From NCBI GenBank assembly GCA_051313645.2, contig JBNRSN020000009.1:36084001-36148000 (forward strand): a stretch of 64,000 nucleotides of DNA. Direction: 5' to 3'. Shown here one piece after another: positions 26,301-36,141 of this stretch (positions within the stretch are counted from its first letter, which is position 1; every line of letters begins with the position of its first letter). The position numbers and the translations under genes are program-made. The notes below the pieces were generated by a model. It was given only the letters and a program-made list of their open reading frames with translations. It was not told the DNA's origin and ran no database searches. This DNA comes from Centroscyllium fabricii. Lineage: Eukaryota.

Positions 26301-28950
26301 TGAGTGACGTCTGTGCTCAGTGAGTGATGTAATTCCTTGGTGAATGACGTCGGTGCTTAGTGAGTGACGTCAGTGCTTGGTGAGTGACGTCAGTGCTTGG
26401 TGAGTGATGTCAGTCCTTGGTGATTGACGTCAGAGCTTAGTGAGTGACGTCAGTGCTTGTTGAGTGATGTCAGTGCTCGGTGAGTGACGTCGGTGCTTGG
26501 TGAGTGATGTCAGTGCTCGGTGAGTGACGTCAGTGCTCGGTGAGTGATGTCAGTGCTCGGAGAGTGATGTCAGTGCTCGGTGAGTGATGTCAGTGCTCGG
26601 TGAGTGATGTCATTGCTCGGTGAGTGACGTCGGTGCTCGGTGAGTGACATCAGTGCTCGGTGAGTGATGTCAGTGCTCGGTGAGTGATGTCAGTGCTAGG
26701 TGAGTGATGTCAGTGCTAGGTGAGTGATGTCAGTGCTCGGTGAGTGATGTCAGTGCTCAGTGAGTGGCGTTAGTGCTCGGTGAGTGATGTCAGTGCTCAG
26801 TGAGTGATGTCAGTGCTGGGTGAGTGACGTCAGTGCTCAGTGAGTGATGTCAGTGCTCAGTGAGTGACGTTTGTGTTCGGTGAGTGATGTTAGTGCTCGG
26901 TGAGTGACGTCAGTGCTCGGTGAGTGATGTCAGTGCTCGGTGAGTGATGTCAGTGCTGGGTGAGTGACGTCAGTGCTCGGTGAGTGATGTCAGTGCTCGG
27001 TGAGTGATGTCAGTGCTCGGTGAGTGATGTCAGTGCTCGGTGAGTGATGTCAGTGCTCGGTGAGTGATGTCAGTGCTCGGTGAGTGATGTCAGTGCTCAG
27101 TGAGTGGCATTAGTGCTGGGTGAGTGACGTCAGTGCTTGGTGAGTGATGTCAGTTCTTGGTGAGTGATGTCAGTGCTCGGTGAGTGATGTCAGTGCTGGT
27201 TGAGTGATGTCAGTGCTCGGTGAGTGATGTCAGTTCTCGGTGAGTGATGTCAGTGCTCGGTGAGTGATGTCAGTGCTCGGTGAGTGATGTCAGTGCTCAG
27301 TGAGTGGCGTTAGTGCTGGGTGAGTGACGTCAGTGCTTGGTGAGTGATGTCAGTGCTTGGTGAGTGATGTCAGTGCTCGGTGAGTGATGTCAGTGCTTGG
27401 TGAGTGATGTCAGTGCTCGGTGAGTGATGTCAGTGCTCAGTGAGTGGCGTTAGTGCTGGGTGAGTGACGTCAGTGCTTGGTGAGTGATGTCAGTGCTTGG
27501 TGAGTGATGTCAGTGCTCGGTGAGTGATGTCAGTGCTTGGTGAGTGATGTCAGTGCTCGGTGAGTGATGTCAGTGCTTAGTGACTGATGTCAGTGCTTAG
27601 TGACTGATGTCAGTGCTCGGTGAGTGATGTCAGTGCTCAGTAAGTGATGTAATTCCTTGGTGAGTGACGTCAGTGCTTAGTGAGTGATGTCAGTGCTTGG
27701 TGAGTGATGTCAGTCCTTGGTGATTGACGTCAGAGCTTGGTGAGTGACGTCAGTGCTTGGTGAGTGATGTCAGTGCTCGGTGAGTGACGTCAGTGCTCGG
27801 TGAGTGACGTCAGTGCTCAGTGAGTGATGTCAGTGCTCAGTGAGTGACGTCAGTGCTCGGTGAGTGATGTCAGTGCTCAGTGAGTGATGTCAGTGCTCGG
27901 TGAATGACGTCTGTGCTCGGTGAGTGACGTCAGTGCTCGGTGAATTACATCAGTGCTCGGTGAGTGATGTCAGTGCTTGGTGAGTGATGTCAGTGCTCAG
28001 TGAGTGACGTCAGTGCTCGGTGAGTGACGTCAGTGCTCAGTGAGTGATGTAATTCCTTGGTGAGTGACGTCTGTGCTCAGTGAGTGATGTAATTCCTTGG
28101 TGAGTGACGTCGGTGCTTAGTGAGTGACGCCAGTGCTTGGTGAGTGATGTCAGTGCTCGGTGAGTGAAGTCAGTGCTTAGTGACTGATGTCAGTGCTCGG
28201 TGAGTGACGTCAGTGCTCTGTGAGTGATGTAATTACTTGGTGAGTGACGTCGGTGCTTACTGAGTGACGTCAGTGCTTGCTGAGTGACGTCAGTGCTTGG
28301 TGAGTGATGTCAGTCCTTGGTGATTGACGTCAGAGCTTAGTGAGTGACATCAGTGCTTGTTGAGTGATGTCAGTGCTCGGTGAGTGACGTCGGTGCTTGG
28401 TGAGTGACGTCAGTGCTCGGTAAATGACGTCTGTGCTCGGTGAGTGATGTCAGTGCTCGGTGAATTACGTCAGTGCTCGGTGAGTGATGTCAGTGCTTGG
28501 TGAGTGATGTCAGTGGTCAGTGAGTGACGTCAGTGCTCGGTGAGTGACGTCAGTGCTCAGTGGGTGATGTATTTCCTTGGTGAGTGACGTCTGTGCTCAG
28601 TGAGTGATGTAATTCCTTGGTGAGTGACGTCGGTGCTTAGTGAGTGACGTCAGTGCTTGGTGAGTGATGTCAGTGCTCGCTGAATGACGTCAGTGCTCAG
28701 TGAGTGATGTAATTGCTTGGTGAGTGACGTCTGTGCTCAGTGAGTGATGTAATTCCTTGGTGAGTGACGTCGGTGCTTAGTGAGTGACGTCAGTGCTTGG
28801 TGAGTGACGTCAGTGCTTGGAGAGTGATGTCAGTCCTTGGTGATTGACGTCAGAGCTTAGTGAGTGACGTCAGTGCTTGGTGAGTGATGTCTGTCCTTGG
28901 TGATTAACGTCAGAGCTTGGTGAGTGACGTCAGTGCTCGGTGAGTGATGT
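20400..28950 (+). repeat. Higher-order tandem duplication of 4269 bp within the satellite (boundaries approximate)
   Basis: Rare variants recur at a 4269-bp offset: register slip 21371/25640, tttgtgttcg 22601/26870, tatttcctt 24301/28570, gattaacg 24633/28902. Confidence 0.88.
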
Positions 28951-31900
28951 CAGTGCTCGGTGAGTGACGTCAGTGCTCGGTGAGTGACGTCAGTGCTCAG
29001 TGAGTGATGTCAGTGCTCAGTGAGTGACGTCAGTGCTCGGTGAGTGATGTCAGTGCTCGGTGAGTGACGTCAGTGCTCGGTGAATGACGTCTGTGCTCGG
29101 TGAGTGACGTCAGTGCTCGGTGAATTACGTCAGTGCTCGGTGAGTGATGTCAGTGCTTGGTGAGTGATGTCAGTGCTCAGTGAGTGACGTCAGTGCTCGG
29201 TGAGTGACGTCAGTGCTCAGTGAGTGATGTAATTCCTTGGTGAGTGACGTCTGTGCTCAGTGAGTGATGTAATTCCTTGGTGAATGACGTCGGTGCTTAG
29301 TGAGTGACGTCAGTGCTTGGTGAGTGACGTCAGTGCTTGGTGAGTGATGTCAGTCCTTGGTGATTGACGTCAGAGCTTAGTGAGTGACATCAGTGCTTGT
29401 TGAGTGATGTCAGTGCTCGGTGAGTGACGTCATTGCTTGGTGAGTGATGTCAGTGCTCGGTGAGTGACGTCAGTGCTCGGTGAGTGATGTCAGTGCTCGG
29501 TGAGTGATGTCAGTGCTCGGTGAGTGATGTCAGTGCTCGGTGAGTGATGTCATTGCTCGGTGAGTGACGTCGGTGCTCGTTGAGTGACATCAGTGCTCGG
29601 TGAGTGATGTCAGTGCTCGGTGAGTGATGTCAGTGCTAGGTGAGTGATGTCAGTGCTAGGTGAGTGATGTCAGTGCTCGGTGAGTGATGTCAGTGCTCAG
29701 TGAGTGGCGTTAGTGCTCGGTGAGTGATGTCAGTGCTCAGTGAGTGATGTCAGTGCTGGGTGAGTGACGTCAGTGCTCGGTGAGTGATGTCAGTGCTCGG
29801 TGAGTGACGTTAGTGCTCGGTGAGTGATGTTAGTGCTCGGTGAGTGACGTCAGTGCTCGGTGAGTGATGTCAGTGCTCGGTGAGTGATGTCAGTGCTGGG
29901 TGAGTGACGTCAGTGCTCGGTGAGTGATGTCAGTGCTCGGTGAGTGACGTCAGTGCTCGGTGAGTGATGTCAGTGCTCGGTGAGTGATGTCAGTGCTCGG
30001 TGAGTGATGTCAGTGCTCGGTGAGTGATGTCAGTGCTTGGTGAGTGATGTCAGTGCTTGGTGAGTGATGTCAGTGCTTAGTGACTGATGTCAGTGCTTAG
30101 TGACTGATGTCAGTGCTCGGTGAGTGATGTCAGTGCTCAGTAAGTGATGTAATTCCTTGGTGAGTGACGTCGGTGCTTTGTGAGTGACGTCAGTGCTTGG
30201 TGAGTGACGTCAGTGCTTGGTGAGTGATGTCAGTCCTTGGTGATTGATGTCAGAGCTTGGTGAGTGACGTCAGTGCTCGGTGAGTGACGTCAGTGCTCGG
30301 TGAGTGACGTCAGTACTCGGTGAGTGATGTCAGTGCTCGGTGAGTGATGTCAGTGCTCAGTGAGTGACGTCAGTGCTCGGTGAGTGATGTCAGTGCTCGG
30401 TGAGTGACGTCAGTGTTCGGTGAATGACGTCTGTGCTCGGTGAGTGAAGTCAGTGCTCGGTGAATTACGTCAGTGCTCGGTGAGTGATGTCAGTGCTTGG
30501 TGAGTGATGTCAGTGCTCAGTGAGTGACGTCAGTGCTCAGTGAGTGACGTCAGTGCTCAGTGAGTGATGTAATTCCTTGGTGAGTGACGTCTGTGCTCAG
30601 TGAGTGATGTAATTCCTTGGTGAGTGACGTCGGTCCTTAGTGAGTGACGTCAGTGCTTGGTGAGTGATGTCAGTGCTCGATGAGTGAAGTCAGTGCTTAG
30701 TGACTGATGTCAGTCCTCGGTGAGTGATATCAGTGCTCAGTGAGTGATGTAATTCCTTGGTGAGTGACGTCGGTGCTTACTGAGTGACGTCAGTGCTTGG
30801 TGAGTGACGTCAGTGCTTGGAGAGTGATGTCAGTCCTTGGTGATTGACGTCAGAGCTTAGTGAGTGACGTCAGTGCTTGTTGAGTGATGTCAGTGCTCGG
30901 TGAGTGACGTCGGTGCTTGGTGAGTGACGTCAGTGCTCGGTGAATGACGTCTGTGCTCGGTGAGTGACGTCAGTGCTCGGTGAATTACGTCAGTGCTCGG
31001 TGAGTGATGTCAGTGCTTGGTGAGTGATGTCAGTGCTCAGTGAGTGATGTCAGTGCTCAGTGAGTGACGTCAGTGCTCAGTGAGTGATGTAATTCCTTGG
31101 TGAGTGACGTCGGTGCTTAGTGAGTGACGTCAGTGCTTGGTGAGTGATGTCAGTACTCGGTGAGTGACGTCAGTGCTCAGTGAGTGATGTAATTCCTTGG
31201 TGAGTGACGTCTGTGCTCAGTGAGTGATGTAATTCCTTGGTGAGTGACGTCGGTGCTTAGTGAGTGACGTCAGTGCTTGGTGAGTGACGGCAGTGCTTGG
31301 TGAGTGATGTCAGTCCTTGGTGATTGACGTCAGAGCTTAGTGAGTGACGTCAGTGCTGGTTGAGTGATGTCAGTGCTCGGTGAGTGACGTCGGTGCTTGG
31401 TGAGTGATGTCAGTGCTCGGTGAGTGATGTCAGTGCTCGGTGAGTGATGTCAGTGCTCGGTGAGTGATGTCAGTGGTCGGTGAGTGATGTCAGTGCTCGG
31501 TGAGTGATGTCATTGCTCAGTGAGTGACGTCGGTGCTCGGTGAGTGACATCAGTGCTCGGTGAGTGATGTCAGTGCTCGGTGAGTGATGTCAGTGCTAGG
31601 TGAGTGATGTCAGTGCTAGGTGAGTGATGTCAGTGCTCGGTGAGTGATGTCAATGCTCAGTGAGTGGCGTTAGTGCTCGGTGAGTGATGTCAGTGCTCAG
31701 TGAGTGATGTCAGTGCTGGGTGAGTGACGTCAGTTCTCGGTGAGTGATGTCAGTGCTCGGTGAGTGACGTCAGTGCTCGGTGAGTGATGTTAGTGCTCGG
31801 TGAGTGACGTCAGTGCTTGGTGAGTGATGTCAGTGCTCGGTGAGTGATGTCAGTGCTGGGTGAGTGACGTCAGTGCTCGGTGAGTGATGTCAGTGCTCGG

Positions 31901-32103
31901 TGAGTGACGTCAGTGCTCGGTGTGTGATGTCAGTGCTCGGTGAGTGATGTCAGTGCTCGGTGAGTGATGTCAGTGCTAGGTGAGTGATGTCAGTGCTCGG
32001 TGAGTGATGTCAGTGCTCAGTGAGTGGCGTTAGTGCTGGGTGAGTGACATCAGTGCTCAGTGAGTGATGTCAGTGCTCGGTGAGTGACGTCTGTGCTCAG
32101 TGA

Positions 32104-32253
32104 ATGTATTATTCTTATGTATGTTAACCTAAGTCCAGTTAAATGTTATACTTATTTTGTTTGTATTGTTATTGATGTACCATTTTTGTAATGCTTTGGC
32201 AACAACGGTTGATACCATTCATGCCAATAAAGCTATTTGAAAGTGAAAGTGAA
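32104..32253 (+). mobile_element. 5'-truncated LINE 3' end (RTE-X-like family) inserted in the satellite
   Basis: 32102-32258 is the reverse complement of 51535-51691 with no mismatch seen. It has AATAAA followed by an (AAGTGA)n tail and an AGTGA duplication at 32099-32103/32254-32258. Confidence 0.95.
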
Positions 32254-35151
32254 AGTGAGTGGCATTAGTGCTCGGTGAGTGATGTCAGTGCTCAGTAAGT
32301 GATGTCAGTGCTGGGTGAGTGACGTCAGTGCTCGGTGAGTGATGTCAGTGCTCGGTGAGTGACGTTAGTGCTCGGTGAGTGATGTTAGTGCTCGGTGAGT
32401 GACGTCAGTGCTCGGTGAGTGACGTCAGTGCTCGGTGAGTGATGTCAGTGCTGGGTGAGTGACGTCAGTGCTCGGTGAGTGATGTCAGTGCTCGGTGAGT
32501 GACGTCAGTGCTCGGTGAGTGATGTCAGTGCTCGATGAGTGATGTCAGTGCTCGGTGAGTGACGTCAGCGCTGGGTGAGTGACGTCAGTGCTCAGTGAGT
32601 GATGTCAGTGCTCGGTGAGTGACGTTAGTGCTCGGTGAGTGATATCAGTGCTCGGTGAGTGACGTCAGTGCTGGGTGAGTGATGTCAGTGCTCAGTGAGT
32701 GGCGTTAGTGCTCGGTGAGTGATGTCAGTGCTCGGTGAGTGACGTCAGTGCTGGGTGAATGATGTCAGTGCTCAGTGAGTGACGTCAGTGCTCGGTGAGT
32801 GACGTTAGTGCTCGGTGAGTGACGTCAGTGCTCGGTGAGTGATGTCAGTGCACGGTGAGTGATGTCAGTGCTCGGTGAGTGGCGTCAGTCCTTGGTGACT
32901 GATGTAATTTCTTGGTGACTGATGCCAGTGCTTGGTGACTGGTGTAATTCCTTGGTGAGTTATGTCAGTCCTTGGACATGGAACATATTCCCACTTTTGC
33001 ACCGAATGTTAGGCTCAAGTGCTACAAGGAGAGATACTGCTTGAGTTAATAATTTGCTACTGCAGTTCTTAATCAGCCAATATTGATCAATTATAGATTC
33101 TTATCTGGAGATTCTTGATATAACAATCAGTTACCACGATTAGTTGATCTCTTGACCCATAGTAAGTCACTATAAGCAATTTGTTCCTACCAGTGGTGGC
33201 ATTGGATTCTGATTTCTGTTGTCAAGCCAACAAGCTGCCCTATCACATAGCATAGTGGTTGGTAGGGTTTCACTTTGTAGTAGGTAAATGATACACCATA
33301 GCAAAACAATGTTTATGTGTACAATAGCATTGCCACTGTAATGTAAGGTAGCATTTCACACCCATAGCTATCCCACCTAGTTTATTTCTGATCGCAGTCA
33401 AGCCACCTGGGTTCTTAGGCTGAATTATCAAGCTCTAAGAACATAAGAACGTAGGAAATAAGAGCTGGAGTCGGCCATTTGGCCGTTCGAGCCCCTTCAA
33501 CAAGATCATGGCTGATCTTCTACCTCAACTCCACATTCCCGCACTATCTCCATATCCCTTAATTCCCTTAGTTCCCAAAAATGTATTGATCTCCGCCTTG
33601 AATACACTCAATGACTGAGCCTCCATAGCCCTCTGGGGTAGAGAATTCCAAAGATTCACCACCCTCTGAGAGAAGAAATTTCTCCTCATCTCAGTCCGAA
33701 ATGGCCGACCCCTTATTCGGAGACTGTGGCTGCATGTTCGAGATTCGCCAGCCACGGGAAACATTTTCTCGGCATTAACCTGGCCAAGCCCCTTAAGAAT
33801 CTTATATGTTTCAATTAGATCACCTCACATTCTTCTAAACTGTAGGGAATATTGGCCTAGTCTATTCAATCTCTCCTCATTGGACAATCCCCTCATCCCA
33901 GGAACCAGTCTAGTGAACCTTCGTTGCACTCCCTCTATGGCAAGTATATCCTTCCTTAGGTAAGGAGACCAGAATTGTACTCAGTACTCCAGGTGTGGCC
34001 TCACCAATGCCCTGTATAATTGTAGTAAAACTTCTTTACTCTTATACCCTAATCCCTTTATAACAAGAGCTAACATGTAGGGGGTGGCGTTTCGGAAGGT
34101 CAAGGTTAACTGCCTGATCACTGTGTCTTCGATGGTCAGCGGATTCCTGGGGTCAATTCACAGCTCGGCTTTGGTTCTGACCTGTGGCAAGCTGTTCGCC
34201 ACCAGGCAGCGGAGCCAGTGGACCAGCTGATCATGGGTCAGGGAATCCCAGTCGGGTGCCCCACTACAGGCACTCCGGTACACCGGCCACAACCTGTCCG
34301 CGAAAGCCTGCGGGATTTCCCCTGCGAGCTGCACTGTCCTCTCGACCTGGGAGAAGGGACTTGCCTCATTTATACCCATGGCCTCGAGGATGTCCTCCTT
34401 GAGCTCCGCTTACCCACGCTGTCCCTCCTTAGCCTGGTCAGGGAGGCACTGGTATAGCTTGCTGTCTAGGGAGAAGAGCAGCATTTTGGCCTTTTCGGCA
34501 TTATCAATGCCGGCCGCCTGCTCTACCTCCCTGAAGTGGACCAAGGGGTCTCCACTGGCTGAAGGCTTGGGTATGTGATTTACCATACCCCTAAGCAGCT
34601 GGGTGCCGTGGGGCGCTCTGAAATGGTTTTGGAGGGGACCCGTGTCCCTGTTAGCAGCGGGTGGCCCAAACCTTTGCTGCCGGACCGGGTACATCGGCCC
34701 CGATCCCCATCGCTCCTGCAGGGGTTGTTCCACCTCTGCCACTACACTTGGTTCCACCCTGCCTTGCTGCCAAACCTCACTGAAGCTGGGCACTGCGGGT
34801 GGTGGTCGGGAGTCCTCTTGCTCCTCAACCAGGTCGTCCTCTGGCACTATCACTGGGGCTTCTACTGATTTCCCCGGGTTCTCGGTGAAATCTATCTGGG
34901 CGGCGCTTGGTTTTATAAGGCACACCATGCCCTTTGCCTTTCTGAGAGCAAGGCTTAGCACCTCAATTTGTCTCTGACAGGGGCCATGATCTGCATCTTT
35001 GAACCCCTGTGTGCTCGCTATTTTATAAGCGGTCCGTAAACCCTTCACTTGCTCCTCCTGCACTGTCACTTGCCTCGCCAAACGAGTATTCTTCTCTGCA
35101 ATCTCAGCTCATTGTTCTTTGCCTCAGTTACCTGACACTGCAGGTACTTCA

Positions 35152-35731
35152 TGATGCCTAATCAATAACTTCAAAAGACTAGAAGTTGAGTAGTGAACTG
35201 TAGGCTTTTATTAACTAAGACATGAGCATACCCATGTGGTAAACCACTCTGTAATATATATATGTATATATCGCTGTAACCATCTGTAACCATGTTGTAC
35301 ATAGTTCACTGTGTATTGTTACCTGGACATGCCCATGCTGGCCCCGCCTGTGACCCCTCCTCCCCAGGACCAGGTACATAAGCGGCCGTCTCCCTTCCCC
35401 CAGCCATTCCTGGGGACGGTCGACTAGCTGGTGCATGTCCACCTTTAGCTAATAAAAGCCGATTGTTTCACCTCTTAATATCTCGTCTCCGAGGTCGTTA
35501 ATTCGGTAACAACCCATGCTAGTCGACCGATCCCAGAATGAATGGGGGAGGGAAAGCAGTTACCTTTATACCTGGGTCCGAGGAGGAGGAGCCGCAGGCG
35601 GGGTCAGCATGGGCATGCCCGGACAAGCTACACACAGGTGAACTATACACAGTGGAAAGGGCTATGTACAGTACAGCAGAGGTTAAACACAATGCAGGTG
35701 ATTATATACATATATACAGTGGTTTACCACA
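35152..35731 (-). mobile_element. Solo LTR (TGTGGTAAAC family) containing a second nested solo LTR
   Basis: Minus strand TGTGGTAAAC...GCATCA with TATAAA and AATAAA. TSD CTTCA/CTCCA (1 mismatch). Confidence 0.9.
35235..35511 (+). mobile_element. Solo LTR (TGTGGTAAAC family), 277 bp
   Basis: TG...CA, AATAAAAGCC, perfect 5-bp TSD ACCCA (35230-35234/35512-35516). Confidence 0.93.
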
Positions 35732-36123
35732 CTCCAGCCTGGCCTTATGTTCCCCCAATAACTGTCCCCATTCCTGGCTCAGAGCCTGTAGCCCTATCAA
35801 TAACATTTCTCCCGCCATAGCCTTCGTTTGGGTTTCCATGGCTGCCTCTCTTATCTCGGCTTCCTGCGCTTCAACGATGCTGTCCAAACACTGGACCTGC
35901 TTCTTAACACACATCAGCCAGACTGCCTTCTCTTTTGATTTCTTGTGCCCTTTGCTTTCAGTCCACTTACCTGCAGCATCCACTGGGCGCGCAGCCTTAA
36001 GCAGATTGGTGATCCACTTTTTGCTGACATTCACCTTACTAAAAACATAGTCTGAAATCTTCTCCTCCATCACAGTTTGCTCCCCTGAGTCTGTTTCCAT
36101 GGTATCGCATTCCTGCTGCCAGT

Positions 36124-36141
36124 GTCCTGCCGCGGTCGTCA
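36124..36141 (-). promoter_or_regulatory. Primer-binding site complementary to tRNA-Arg(TCG)
   Basis: The + strand reads GTCCTGCCGCGGTCGTCA versus the vertebrate tRNA-Arg-TCG 3' end GTCCTGCCGCGGTCGCCA as I recall it (17/18). It lies 5 nt from the LTR end. Confidence 0.8.

Larger units (their letters stand above)
1..32975 (+). repeat. 20-bp tandem satellite/minisatellite array, consensus CTCGGTGAGTGAYGTCAGTG, about 1,640 units, continues beyond left edge
   Basis: Continuous 20-bp periodicity with recurrent variant units (gtaattcctt, gattgacgtcagagc, gtggcgttag, gaattac). Units become more diverged at ~32880-32975, then unique sequence begins. The ORF track has nothing here. Confidence 0.99.
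34089..36100 (-). pseudogene. gag: Gag-like ORF (coiled-coil N-half, Pro-rich linker, capsid-like C-half), with stops and interrupted by nested solo LTRs
   Basis: ORFs 35702..36265, 34410..35081 and 34158..34379 form one reading once 35152-35731 is removed. It starts just after the PBS (METDSGEQ...) and contains the capsid-like QLAGEIPQAFADRLW. Confidence 0.7.

Noticed and set aside
1-32975. CRISPR array
   Set aside because: Units are head-to-tail with no unique spacers, there are no cas genes and the context is eukaryotic. The single 150-bp insert is a LINE end.
1-32975. Telomeric repeat or repetitive protein-coding exon
   Set aside because: It is not TTAGGG-based. The 20-bp unit puts TGA stops in all + frames and the ORF track shows nothing on either strand.
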